A stretch of DNA of 64,000 nucleotides from an uncultured Candidatus Berkelbacteria bacterium (GCA_903834195.1 CAILIB010000020.1:14084-78083), one strand, 5' to 3'; numbered from the stretch's first letter, positions 8,540-18,480 are shown. A program made the numbers and translations. Notes: generated from the letters alone by a model not told the origin.

Positions 8540-11500
8540 ATGCCAACCAGTTCTACTCCATTAGTTCATCGTTTTTTCACTACGCCTGATGTCGAACCAT
8601 TCGACATGGTTGACTGGGAAAAGCGCAATTCAAAAATTATCAATGAAAAAGGAACCACCATCTTTGAACTAAAAGATGCTGAGATTCCAGCAGAGTGGAC
8701 TCAACTTGCCACTGATATTGTAGTTTCAAAGTACTTCCGCAAAGCAGGTGTACCAGAAACCGGTAATGAAGTAAGTGTTCGTCAAGTTATCTACCGCATT
8801 GCGCGCAGTATTCGTGAAGCTGGTGAGTCATTCGGCAACTACTTTACGAGCAAGGAAGAAGCCGACGCATTTGAAAAGGAACTTACGTATATCCTTGTTA
8901 CTCAACGCGGCGCATTTAACTCACCAGTATGGTTTAATTGTGGCCTCTATCAACGGTATGGTATTGAGGGAACTCACGGCAACTGGTACTGGGATTTCGA
9001 CAACAACAAGATTAATCAGCTCGAACACAACTACGTGCGCCCACAGTGTTCTGCCTGTTTCATTCAGGGTGTGAGTGATGACCTTATGGACATGTTCGAC
9101 CTCTTAAAAGCTGAGGCGACACTGTTTAAATACGGATCTGGAACTGGTACCAATTTCTCGAATATCCGTGGACGTGGCGAAATGCTATCCGGCGGAGGAA
9201 GCTCCTCTGGACTACTCTCATTCTTGAAAGTATTTGATGCAGCTGCTGGATCTATTAAGTCAGGTGGAACAACACGTCGTGCCGCCAAGATGGTTTGTCT
9301 CGACATCGATCACCCAGAAATTATGGATTTCATTAACTGGAAAGTTACTGAAGAAAAAAAAGTAGCAGCACTGGTTGCTGGAGGATATAGCTCAGATTTC
9401 AATGGTGATGCATACGGTACAGTAACTGCGCAAAACTCCAACAACTCAGTACGCGTTACTGACGAGTTCATGAAAGCTGTTGCTGAAGATGGCACTTGGA
9501 ACACAATAGCCCGTACAACAGGTGGAGTAATGAGCACACTACGTGCTCGAGAAATCTGGGATGCTCTTGGTAAGGCTGCCTGGCAATGTGCCGACCCTGG
9601 CGTGCAGTACGATACAACAGTGAACGACTGGCATACGTGTTCGAACACAGATCGCATCAATGCGTCTAACCCATGTTCCGAGTACATGTTCTTGGACAAC
9701 TCAGCATGTAACTTAGCATCAATTAACTTAATTAAGTTTCTTGATGATGAGGGACACTTTGACATCGAAGCGTACCGTCAAGCGATTCGCATTCTCTTTG
9801 TAGCTCAAGATATTCTGGTTGACTTCTCTTCCTACCCAACCAAGATGATTGGCCAAAACAGTCACGATTACCGTCCTCTCGGTCTTGGCTACGCCAATAT
9901 TGGAACACTTCTCATGTGTAAGGGAATTGCCTACGATAGCCCAGAGGCATTTGCAATCACAGGTGCACTAACTGCAATTCTAACCGGACATGCCTACGTA
10001 GTATCTTCAGAAATGGCAGCCCTTAAGGGACCATTCAACGGCTACGCCAAAAATAAGCAGCCAATGATCCGGGTCATGAAGAAGCACCGTGATGCTTCGT
10101 ATCAAATTAGCGAAGAATTCTGCCCTGAGAACCTTCTTCTTGCTGCTCAGGAAGACTGGGAAGAAGCTGTCCGTCTTGGTGAAATCAACGGCTACCGAAA
10201 CGCGCAAGCCACAGTTATTGCTCCTACTGGAACCATTGGTCTTCTCATGGACTGTGATACAACTTCAATCGAACCTGACTTTGCGCTTGTGAAGTTCAAG
10301 AAGCTTGCAGGAGGTGGACACTTCAAGATTGTGAACCAATCTGTTCCAACCGCGCTCGCGAACCTCGGGTACAGCCAGAAGGAAATTGACGATATTATTA
10401 CCTACGCCGTTGGTACTGGATCACTTTCAGATGCTCCATTTATCAACCGTGATTCACTCATGGCACGTGGTATTACATCAGAAGATATCGCTAAAGTTGA
10501 GAAGCTTCTCCCAAGCACATTTGAACTTGCTCATACCTTCAACGGAATGAATATCAGCGAAGCAAGTCTCGTTGGTGCAGATTTGCCAGCAGATTCATTC
10601 AGCAATCCTTCATTCGACTTCCTTAAAGCGATCGGCTTTACTGCGAAAGAAATTGAAGAAGCAAACAAATTTGTCTGTGGAATGATGACAGTAGAAGGTG
10701 CACCTCATTTGAAAGAGGAGCACTTACCAATCTTCGATTGTGCCAACAAATGCGGAAAGTACGGCACTCGCTTCATCGAACCTATGGGACACGTTCGCAT
10801 TATGGCAGCTGCCCAGCCATTTATCTCTGGTGCTATCTCAAAAACTGTAAACCTACCAAACGAGGCTACAGTTGATGAAATCAAGGACATCTACCTACAA
10901 GGTTGGAAACTTGGACTAAAGGCCATCGCCATGTACCGCGACGGTTCTAAGCTTTCACAGCCACTGAATAGCGCGGGGACTAAAGACAAAGACGCTGACA
11001 AGAACGAAGAGGTGAAAGAAGTTGGAATTAAGCCAGCTGCAGAAATTGCATCTGCACCAGTGGGAGTTCGTCGACGTCTCGCAGATGAACGTGAATCTGT
11101 AACTCACAAGTTCTCAATTGCTGGTCATGAAGGCTTCATTACTGTTGGACTGTATGAAGACGGCACACCAGGCGAAATCTTCATCCGCATGTCCAAGATG
11201 GGAAGCGTACTTGCAGGTCTCATGGACTCATTCGCAATTTCAATCTCAATTGGTCTACAGTACCAAGTTCCGCTCGAAGTACTTGTGAACAAGTTCAGTC
11301 ACGTGCGTTTCGAACCTTCCGGAATGACTACTAATCCAAACATTCGAATCGCTAAGTCAATCGTTGATTACGTATTCCGATGGATGGGAATGAAGTTCCT
11401 CGACCTCGATTCTCAACTGCAAATCGGCTACAACAACATGCCAAAAGCAATGGAGTCTGAAGTTGACGATATCACTGGCTCCTCAGCTACACTCACCATT

Positions 11501-11731
11501 GGTGTAGACACGATCAAAGAGAAGGTTACTCCGGTAACTGTACCTACAGCAGTTAATCAGACCATCCGACTTGAGATTCAAAATGAGAAAGTGACCGAAA
11601 CAACAAAGAAGAAATTCAGTTTCGATGCTACAGGTGATGCTCCAACCTGTTCAAACTGTGGCGGAATGACTAAGCGAAATGGTGCCTGCCACGTCTGTCT
11701 CGACTGTGGTGAAACAAGCGGTTGTTCCTAG
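8540..11731 (+). CDS. nrdJ: Class II (adenosylcobalamin-dependent) ribonucleotide reductase NrdJ
   Basis: The RNR catalytic fingerprints SNPCSEYMFLDNSACNLASINL and GYSSDF are present, together with the class II C-terminal region and a terminal CxxC...CxxC zinc ribbon. It follows nrdR after a 9-nt gap. Confidence 0.85.
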   Translation: MPTSSTPLVHRFFTTPDVEPFDMVDWEKRNSKIINEKGTTIFELKDAEIPAEWTQLATDIVVSKYFRKAGVPETGNEVSVRQVIYRIARSIREAGESFGNYFTSKEEADAFEKELTYILVTQRGAFNSPVWFNCGLYQRYGIEGTHGNWYWDFDNNKINQLEHNYVRPQCSACFIQGVSDDLMDMFDLLKAEATLFKYGSGTGTNFSNIRGRGEMLSGGGSSSGLLSFLKVFDAAAGSIKSGGTTRRAAKMVCLDIDHPEIMDFINWKVTEEKKVAALVAGGYSSDFNGDAYGTVTAQNSNNSVRVTDEFMKAVAEDGTWNTIARTTGGVMSTLRAREIWDALGKAAWQCADPGVQYDTTVNDWHTCSNTDRINASNPCSEYMFLDNSACNLASINLIKFLDDEGHFDIEAYRQAIRILFVAQDILVDFSSYPTKMIGQNSHDYRPLGLGYANIGTLLMCKGIAYDSPEAFAITGALTAILTGHAYVVSSEMAALKGPFNGYAKNKQPMIRVMKKHRDASYQISEEFCPENLLLAAQEDWEEAVRLGEINGYRNAQATVIAPTGTIGLLMDCDTTSIEPDFALVKFKKLAGGGHFKIVNQSVPTALANLGYSQKEIDDIITYAVGTGSLSDAPFINRDSLMARGITSEDIAKVEKLLPSTFELAHTFNGMNISEASLVGADLPADSFSNPSFDFLKAIGFTAKEIEEANKFVCGMMTVEGAPHLKEEHLPIFDCANKCGKYGTRFIEPMGHVRIMAAAQPFISGAISKTVNLPNEATVDEIKDIYLQGWKLGLKAIAMYRDGSKLSQPLNSAGTKDKDADKNEEVKEVGIKPAAEIASAPVGVRRRLADERESVTHKFSIAGHEGFITVGLYEDGTPGEIFIRMSKMGSVLAGLMDSFAISISIGLQYQVPLEVLVNKFSHVRFEPSGMTTNPNIRIAKSIVDYVFRWMGMKFLDLDSQLQIGYNNMPKAMESEVDDITGSSATLTIGVDTIKEKVTPVTVPTAVNQTIRLEIQNEKVTETTKKKFSFDATGDAPTCSNCGGMTKRNGACHVCLDCGETSGCS

Positions 11732-11747
11732 ACCTAGCACATTGACG

Positions 11748-11784
11748 ATAGAGCCCTGTACAATAAGGGCTCTATCTCTTTTAT
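11748..11784 (+). terminator. Terminator-like hairpin after nrdJ
   Basis: ATAGAGCCC-(10 nt loop)-GGGCTCTAT is followed by CTCTTTTAT. Confidence 0.5.
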
Positions 11785-11791
11785 ATTCATC

Positions 11792-14563
11792 ATGTCTGAA
11801 CACGCACTTACCTCTGAACAACTGGCGGCCGTCACCCACAAGGACGGTCCTTGTTTAGTAGTTGCCGGTGCTGGTACTGGAAAAACTACAGTAATTACAC
11901 AACGGATTGCACATTTAATTCAGGAACATGGCGTAACTCCTGATCAAGTTCTTGCGTTAACATTTACTGACAAGGCTGCTGGCGAAATGCAGGGGAGACT
12001 AGATGAGCTATTGCCATACGGAACATTCATTACAACTTCTACATTTCATGGCTTTTGTAATGATTTAATTCGTCGGCACGCCTATCGAATTGGAATTAAT
12101 CCAGAAGCTCGCCTTATAACTGAAGCTGATCAGACGGCAATATTGCGCGAGTACATTGAGCAACTACCACTTCGGCACTATCGTCGAACCTACAATCCAA
12201 CTCCACTTTTAAAGCAGATCGCCCACTATATTGAAAATGCCAAAGAAGCTCAGCTACAACCTGAGCAACTTATCACACATGCTGAAAATGCTATTAAAAA
12301 TGCATTTGATGAGGCTGAAGCTGAGTCTGCTGAACAGTATTTGGAATTAGCTCAATGCTACAAGGTTGCTGCACAGCTCTACGAAAAACTCGAGGTGCTA
12401 ACCTACGCAGATCTTTTAAGACATACCCGAGACATCCTTCAAAGTTCGGCTTCAGTTCGAAAAAAGGAGCAGGATCGTTTTCAGTATCTTTTAATCGACG
12501 AGTATCAAGACACAAACAGTATTCAGGCTGAAATTGCCTATTTACTTGCAGGTGATCGTGCCAATTTATTTGTTGTAGGGGATGATGATCAAGCAATTTA
12601 CCGTTTTCGTGGTGCCAACGTAAAGAATATTCTCGATTTCAAAGAGCGCTTTCCAAACGCGGTAGTAGTAACGCTTACCGAAAACTACCGATCGACCCAG
12701 CCAATTTTGGATGCTGCATATAAACTGATTCAGAATAATAACCCCCACCGGCTTGAGACCTACCTCAACATTAGTAAGAAACTAAACTCCAACAAAGAGG
12801 GTACTGTAGAGCCGATTTATCTACACCACAGCACTGGCGCACATGAGGCAGAAAATGTTGCGAGTGAAATTGAACGACTCATAACTTCTGGTGAATTTGC
12901 TGCAACAGATATTGCCATCATCGCTCGTTCTCACAACCAACTTGATCCTTTTGAAGAAGAGCTTCAAACGCTAAAGGTTCCAATAAATCGAATTAAGGAA
13001 GGCAATTTCTATCAAGAACCAAGTGTAGTACAAGCTTTGGCATATTTACGCTTTCTGAGTGCACCTCAAAATAGTGAGAATCTTTTTCACTTACTCACCG
13101 GTGAGCCTTTTAGCATTGCAGGGGAAGACGTAATTAACTGGAATGTAAGTGCGCGTAAAAATCACCTCAGTCTCTGGGATACGCTCAATAAACCTGATTC
13201 AGATCTGTCAGAATCACTAAGTTTTGCAGTTCAATTCTACAAAAGTGCACTCCACGAGCATGCGTCTGATACGCCATCCACTGCCTTACGACTCTATATT
13301 CACGAATCTAAGTGGCAGACTAAACTTGTTGATGCCGGCGAGGAACGTGCAGCAATTCACCTCATGAGCTTATACAATCAGGCACGTACATTTCAGCTAC
13401 TTCACCAGCCAACCAGTGTAGCTAGTTTTGTTGACCACTGTGATCGACTCATTTCCAGTGGAGAGAATATTAATGTTCAGTCAGAAGTTGATACAGCTCG
13501 AGAAGGGGTTACGCTTATCACTGCCCACAGTAGCAAAGGTCTCGAGTTCCCAGTGGTTTTTGTAGTTAACATGGTCATGCGCCGCTTTCCACTCCAAATT
13601 AACGGGGGAGATCTAAAGCTTCCTGCAGAATTAATTACACCACTTAAGGATAATGTTCCTCACGAAGAAGAACGTCGGCTCGCATATGTCGCGTTCACAC
13701 GTGCAAAAGAACTTCTTTATATAACTGATGCTGAGCGCTACGGAGCTAATAAGACTACTTCAAAAGCCTCGCCATTTATTGCTGAATCTTTAGGAATTGA
13801 TATGCCGCCTGAATTTGCCGATCAACCCCTGCGAAGCATTGCGTTTACTACTCAAGATACACCTGATACACGTGAACCTCTTCGTTTTCCTAGCCAGTTA
13901 AGCGCATCGGCACTAGAAGCTTTCGACAGTAATCCTGCCCGTTTTTACGAACAGTACGTCATGCAGATTATTCCTGAGGATCTGGTTGCAATCGAGTTTG
14001 GTAATGCTGTGCACAATACACTTCGTGACGTTCTCAACGCGCGACGTGAGCATATTTCATTAGATATCGTAAAAACGTTTACTCAGTACTGGGTAGGTGA
14101 AGGATATATTACTGCGGAGATTCGCGATGAGGAGTTCAAAGAGGGTGTAGACATGGTAGTCCGATATTTAGAAATGCTCGGTACAGACTACTGCCCACCG
14201 TTAATAGAAGAAACTCTCAGTTTACGTCTACCAAATGGATTCCGCGTTGTAGGAAAGGTAGATTGTATTGAAGATACTGGAAGTGGTCACTTACGTATTG
14301 TGGATTACAAAACCGGCAGTAAAAGCGCGAAGGAATCTGATGTACGAGACAATCTGCCACTTGCCATTTATGCTGCAGCACTTACCCAACAAGGAAAAGT
14401 TGTCGATGAAGTATGTCTTCGATACTTACGCACAGGAAGTCATCCAAACTTCAAAATTACCCAAAGTTTTATAGATACAAAGGTTACATACACCGAGGAA
14501 CTCGTAGAACGGATTCGTTCTGCCTATAAGATGCGACAGTTTCCGGATACTGGAAAGTTCTAG
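11792..14563 (+). CDS. UvrD/PcrA-family helicase fused to a C-terminal PD-(D/E)XK (RecB-like) nuclease domain
   Basis: The N-terminal Walker A GAGTGKTT sits in UvrD helicase motifs, including DEYQDTN. The C-terminus carries IVDYKTG and a Cys cluster typical of a RecB/AddB-type nuclease. Confidence 0.75.
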   Translation: MSEHALTSEQLAAVTHKDGPCLVVAGAGTGKTTVITQRIAHLIQEHGVTPDQVLALTFTDKAAGEMQGRLDELLPYGTFITTSTFHGFCNDLIRRHAYRIGINPEARLITEADQTAILREYIEQLPLRHYRRTYNPTPLLKQIAHYIENAKEAQLQPEQLITHAENAIKNAFDEAEAESAEQYLELAQCYKVAAQLYEKLEVLTYADLLRHTRDILQSSASVRKKEQDRFQYLLIDEYQDTNSIQAEIAYLLAGDRANLFVVGDDDQAIYRFRGANVKNILDFKERFPNAVVVTLTENYRSTQPILDAAYKLIQNNNPHRLETYLNISKKLNSNKEGTVEPIYLHHSTGAHEAENVASEIERLITSGEFAATDIAIIARSHNQLDPFEEELQTLKVPINRIKEGNFYQEPSVVQALAYLRFLSAPQNSENLFHLLTGEPFSIAGEDVINWNVSARKNHLSLWDTLNKPDSDLSESLSFAVQFYKSALHEHASDTPSTALRLYIHESKWQTKLVDAGEERAAIHLMSLYNQARTFQLLHQPTSVASFVDHCDRLISSGENINVQSEVDTAREGVTLITAHSSKGLEFPVVFVVNMVMRRFPLQINGGDLKLPAELITPLKDNVPHEEERRLAYVAFTRAKELLYITDAERYGANKTTSKASPFIAESLGIDMPPEFADQPLRSIAFTTQDTPDTREPLRFPSQLSASALEAFDSNPARFYEQYVMQIIPEDLVAIEFGNAVHNTLRDVLNARREHISLDIVKTFTQYWVGEGYITAEIRDEEFKEGVDMVVRYLEMLGTDYCPPLIEETLSLRLPNGFRVVGKVDCIEDTGSGHLRIVDYKTGSKSAKESDVRDNLPLAIYAAALTQQGKVVDEVCLRYLRTGSHPNFKITQSFIDTKVTYTEELVERIRSAYKMRQFPDTGKF

Positions 14564-14611
14564 TAAGGACCTGGCGTGTACGGAGAATGTTTGGTATAGT
14601 CATTATATGCA

Positions 14612-14770
14612 CAAATTAAAAGTCGCCTCACGGTAGGAATCATGCGTAAGTGCACCTACGGTGCACGTTCGATACTTTTAATTTGCGCATACACCTCCTT
14701 TCCTTAACAGGAGTCGCCTCACAGCTTGAACCATGCATACGTGCACCTACGGTGCACGTTCGATACTCCT
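14612..14770 (+). repeat. Two tandem ~56-nt direct repeats, each a nested hairpin (outer stem + inner GTGCACC/GGTGCAC hairpin)
   Basis: Repeat 1 (14621-14676) and repeat 2 (14712-14767) share AGTCGCCTCAC...ATGC..GTGCACCTACGGTGCACGTTCGATACT. Repeat 1 is flanked by a 12-bp perfect inverted repeat (CAAATTAAAAGT/ACTTTTAATTTG) and repeat 2 by AGGAGT/ACTCCT. Confidence 0.6.
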
Positions 14771-14818
14771 TCAAGCGAACTAATAAACACACAATATACC
14801 CAAGTTAGTACTCCCTAA

Positions 14819-15859
14819 ATGGATATAATCCTTGCTCTCACAACACTAATTTTTGCTGCGGCACTTGTTTTTGTTGTGCTCAAACAAAAGCCAAAAGTTT
14901 CTCCAGAGCAACAACAGATGGAGTTGCAGGCGATAATTCAACAAAGTACCCAGCAACAACTTCAGACAATCTTACTCCAGCTAAACCAGCACCAGAGTGT
15001 TCAACAGAACAGCGCTACACAACTTCATAACCGCGTAGCTGAAACTGGTAAGGTGGTGTACGAACTCCAGAGCAAATTAACTGCTCTAGAAGAAGGGAAT
15101 AAACGCATCCTCGACATGAGTAAGGGGATTACCGATTTGCAAAATATTCTCCAGGCACCAAAACTTCGTGGCGAACGTGGTGAAATGTGGCTTGAAGAAC
15201 TACTTGCACAGATGATTCCGCGCAACCGTTTCAAGATGCAACATCATTTCAAAAGCGGTGAGATTTGTGATGCGGTAATCATGCTACGTGATGACCTCAT
15301 TCTCCCAATTGATTCAAAGTTTTCGCTAGAAAACTTCAAGAAAATGATTGCCTGTGAAGATAAAACTGAGCAAAAGGTATACGAGAAGAACTTTAATACC
15401 GACATCAAAAAGCGCATTGATGAAATTGCCAAGAAATACATCCTGCCAGCCGAGGGAACGCTCAGTTTTGCATTTATGTATATTCCAGCTGAAAACGTGT
15501 ATTACCAGGCTTTTGTTGAGGACACTGCCAATAACAATCTTCAGCGTTACGCCTTCGATAAACACGTAATCCCGGTTTCACCGAATTCAATTTATCCATA
15601 TCTTGAAATCATGATGTTCGGTTTGCGCGGGCTTGAAATTGAAAAAGGTGCCCATCAGGTTCAACAAAGCTTATCCGGTATACAGAAAGAATTAGGTAAA
15701 TTTGAGGAAGATTACCGCAAAGTTGGAGTTCACCTAAAGAACGCTCAGGGCAGTTTCGACACAAGTGATAAGCGACTCTCAAACATTCAAAACAAACTAG
15801 AAACTATTGGTGCTAAAGATACGCCAGAAAACCTCTTAACTGCGGAGATTATCGAATGA
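14819..15859 (+). CDS. rmuC: DNA recombination protein RmuC
   Basis: An N-terminal TM helix and a Q-rich coiled coil are followed by the RmuC core GERGEMWLEELLAQMIP...DAVIMLRDDLILPIDSKF. Confidence 0.8.
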   Translation: MDIILALTTLIFAAALVFVVLKQKPKVSPEQQQMELQAIIQQSTQQQLQTILLQLNQHQSVQQNSATQLHNRVAETGKVVYELQSKLTALEEGNKRILDMSKGITDLQNILQAPKLRGERGEMWLEELLAQMIPRNRFKMQHHFKSGEICDAVIMLRDDLILPIDSKFSLENFKKMIACEDKTEQKVYEKNFNTDIKKRIDEIAKKYILPAEGTLSFAFMYIPAENVYYQAFVEDTANNNLQRYAFDKHVIPVSPNSIYPYLEIMMFGLRGLEIEKGAHQVQQSLSGIQKELGKFEEDYRKVGVHLKNAQGSFDTSDKRLSNIQNKLETIGAKDTPENLLTAEIIE

Positions 15860-16818
15860 CAACATGGACCGTTCAACCAGGGGAAGAGGATCGCTTAGAT
15901 CGCTTTATTAGTCAGCGCGTAGAGATTTCGCGCGCAATTGTTCAGAAGCAAATTGAAGAGGGGTTTGTAACAGTAAACAACACTGTTCACACAAGTTCAA
16001 AGTTAAAGGTGCTCGAAGGAACAGTTATAACTTTTGTTGACCCAATCGAGCCACCAGCGTTTCCAATCGGGGAGTCAGTTGCGATTGATTGTATCTATGA
16101 AGATGCCGATCTTCTCGTAGTTAACAAGCCGAGCGGAATGATTGTACATCCAAATAACAGTGAGGAAACCGGCACACTCGTTCATGCGCTCATCGCAAAG
16201 TACCCTGAAATTACCAAGGCTATTTACGATCCCGAAAATCCAGTCAGTCGACTACGTCCTGGTATAGTTCACCGTCTTGATAAAGATACGTGCGGACTTA
16301 TGGTCGTTGCAAAAACAGAAGCTGCACTTTTGAATTTAGCGGGACAATTCCACGAGCACACTGTCGATAAAACCTATCGTACTCTGTTATACGGCAATAT
16401 GGTTGACCCTCGCACAGTTGATGCCCCAATTCAACGTAAAGGTGGTCAAGATAAGAATAGGATGCGCGCCAGCCACGACTCATCACAGGGACGTTTTGCT
16501 GTTTCGCATTTCAAACCACTCGAAGTATTTGCCCCATACGCCAAGTGGCCTGAAGAAATGGTTACACTAACTGAAGTGCGGATTGAAACTGGTCGCACAC
16601 ATCAAATTCGCGTTCATGCCAAGTTTATTGGTCACCCTGTCATGGGAGATACTCTGTATGGGAACAAGCCTTCTATTAAACTGAGTGAAAAAATTGGTGC
16701 CACACATCAGTTATTGCAGTCGTGCGCACTTAGCTTTACCCATCCAACCACAGGCAAACGCATGTCTTTTGCACTTGAAACAACGCCGTGGCTTGAAGGT
16801 ATTCGGTCAGCCGAATAA
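15856..16818 (+). CDS. rluD: RluA-family 23S rRNA pseudouridine synthase (RluD-like) with S4 domain
   Basis: An N-terminal S4-like RNA-binding region is followed by the catalytic HRLDKDTCGLMVVAKT motif. It overlaps the rmuC stop by 4 nt. Confidence 0.8.
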   Translation: MTTWTVQPGEEDRLDRFISQRVEISRAIVQKQIEEGFVTVNNTVHTSSKLKVLEGTVITFVDPIEPPAFPIGESVAIDCIYEDADLLVVNKPSGMIVHPNNSEETGTLVHALIAKYPEITKAIYDPENPVSRLRPGIVHRLDKDTCGLMVVAKTEAALLNLAGQFHEHTVDKTYRTLLYGNMVDPRTVDAPIQRKGGQDKNRMRASHDSSQGRFAVSHFKPLEVFAPYAKWPEEMVTLTEVRIETGRTHQIRVHAKFIGHPVMGDTLYGNKPSIKLSEKIGATHQLLQSCALSFTHPTTGKRMSFALETTPWLEGIRSAE

Positions 16819-16827
16819 CAGAAAAGA

Positions 16828-16847
16828 GCGCCAGGATTACCTGGCGC
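16828..16847 (-). terminator. Hairpin terminator (GCGCCAGG-ATTA-CCTGGCGC) downstream of the TrpF-like gene
   Basis: On the minus strand the hairpin is followed by TCTTTTCTG, and it sits between convergent genes. Confidence 0.5.
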
Positions 16848-16853
16848 AGAAAC

Positions 16854-17633
16854 TCACGTACGTAGCATGTTGAATACCGACATTAGATATTCATCGCAAG
16901 CATCAAGATCAATACCTCCTCCAGGTTTTTGTATTTTTCCCTGTGCATCTGTGCCAAATTCGATGCCAGAACTTCGTAAAACACCTAAGCTTGGTACTGT
17001 TTCAGCACACAGACCTCCTGAAAGCACTACATCGATTGGTTGATATCGTACTATTTCCAATATCGGAGATAGCACTTTAATATCAAGTAAGGTGCCGGTT
17101 CCAATACTCGGATCGAGAATTACGCTATTTATGAGCTCGCCATCAATATATGGCTTCAGCAATTCATAAATGTGGATTGGATCCTCACGCAGCAGATCAG
17201 GACCAACGGAAAGTATCACATACGCATTTGGATACGTACAGCGTAACCAATAGAGATTATCAATACTTGGCCAGGTCAAATTGAATTGAAAGCCACCCAA
17301 TCCATCGCCGGCGATTGCATTGATTCGTTGAATGTCAGTCCGAAATTCCTCGGGCATATCGGTGTGAAAATGAATGAGCGGCAGTGCACCCAATTCACAT
17401 GCGGTAGAAACGAGTTTTGAGACTGCCGTCATAGGTGGGAAACTGTGTGGATGCTTATTCGACATTCCACGTACGGTTTTTGACGAGATTAATATTCCAG
17501 CCATAAACACAAATTCTTTGTGATTTTCAGCTCTGAGAAATTGGGACTGAATCATTCTGAATGACATTGCTGCACTACGAATTTCAGCTGGATTCATAAA
17601 TCCAGTAATGCCGATGGTTCTATACTTTTTCAT
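16854..17633 (-). CDS. TIM-barrel protein resembling phosphoribosylanthranilate isomerase (TrpF family)
   Basis: The N-terminus YRTIGITG and the C-terminal blocks ILDPSIGTGTLLD, VVLSGGLCAETV and SGIEFGTDAQGKI parallel the TrpF motifs LLDS-GGTG, ILAGGL-PENV and SSGVE-GKKD. The match is by memory, not a profile search. Confidence 0.4.
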   Translation of the reverse strand: MKKYRTIGITGFMNPAEIRSAAMSFRMIQSQFLRAENHKEFVFMAGILISSKTVRGMSNKHPHSFPPMTAVSKLVSTACELGALPLIHFHTDMPEEFRTDIQRINAIAGDGLGGFQFNLTWPSIDNLYWLRCTYPNAYVILSVGPDLLREDPIHIYELLKPYIDGELINSVILDPSIGTGTLLDIKVLSPILEIVRYQPIDVVLSGGLCAETVPSLGVLRSSGIEFGTDAQGKIQKPGGGIDLDACDEYLMSVFNMLRT

Positions 17634-17751
17634 ATGGTACCTTGCTGAAGCTTCAGCCCTCAGAGCATAAAAAAATCAACCCAAATCATCTAGACAAAAT
17701 TATTTGACTCAATTTTTTTGTACATTCTGCTACTCTGGAAAAAAGAAGATT

Positions 17752-18420
17752 ATGCATGCAATTCAATCACACATTCTTTCACGACTGATCGAGCAATCTC
17801 CACGGCGATTTAGCGAACTTAAACCTCAGGAAACCGAGAGTAACCTTTTCATGTACCACTTGGGCAAGCTAATTCAACAGGGGACAATCGAAAAAAGTGA
17901 AGGAATCTATACATTAACACCGGCTGGTAAACAACTAATTGACCAACTAAGCAGTATTGACCTCAAACCCCGTATCCAACCTAAGGTGCTTACAGATATC
18001 ATTTGTCGCAACGAAGCAGGGGAATGGCTACTTTTCCAACGCTCACGAGAGCCATTTCGTGGCATGATTGGTTTTCCATCAGGGAAAATTCACCTTGGCG
18101 AATCAATGCTGGAAGCTGCCACGAGAGAACTGCAATCCCAGACTGGATATATTGCCACGTTACTGCATTACGGAAACGCATATATGACGACGTATCAGAA
18201 TAATGTGCTCAATCAACATGTACTCACACACGTTTTCTTGGGAGAAATCACAGGTGGAGAGAAACTTGAAAAAAACCATCTTGGACATTGTTTCTGGGCA
18301 AAACTTGATCAGCTTGATCTGCACCAACCACAGTACTTTCCAGGTTTAGCGGTATTGGTGGAAGAAGTTAATAAGGCACACACTACTCAGTTCTTTAACG
18401 AGTACACGTTTAACCTTTGA
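17752..18420 (+). CDS. Winged-helix (N-terminal) - NUDIX hydrolase (C-terminal) fusion protein
   Basis: The N-terminus HILSRLIEQSPRRFSELK...YHLGKLIQQGTIEK looks like a wHTH. The Nudix box GKIHLGESMLEAATRELQSQTGY (Gx5Ex7REUxEExGU) is present. The start is placed at ATG 17752 rather than the ORF-track start at 17704. Confidence 0.7.
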   Translation: MHAIQSHILSRLIEQSPRRFSELKPQETESNLFMYHLGKLIQQGTIEKSEGIYTLTPAGKQLIDQLSSIDLKPRIQPKVLTDIICRNEAGEWLLFQRSREPFRGMIGFPSGKIHLGESMLEAATRELQSQTGYIATLLHYGNAYMTTYQNNVLNQHVLTHVFLGEITGGEKLEKNHLGHCFWAKLDQLDLHQPQYFPGLAVLVEEVNKAHTTQFFNEYTFNL

Positions 18421-18455
18421 CAGTTTATTCTCGGCACTGTAGTCTACATATACAG

Positions 18456-18480
18456 GGGCTGCGCCTCTTTTTTTATACTT
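18456..18480 (+). terminator. Terminator-like hairpin + T7 run after the Nudix gene
   Basis: The hairpin AGGGGCTGCGCCTCT is followed by TTTTTTTAT. Confidence 0.45.

Noticed and set aside
8540-11731. Intein inserted in the 1063-aa NrdJ
   Set aside because: The length is explained by the class II architecture plus a C-terminal zinc ribbon. No intein splice-junction motifs (C/S…HN-C/S/T) interrupt conserved RNR blocks.
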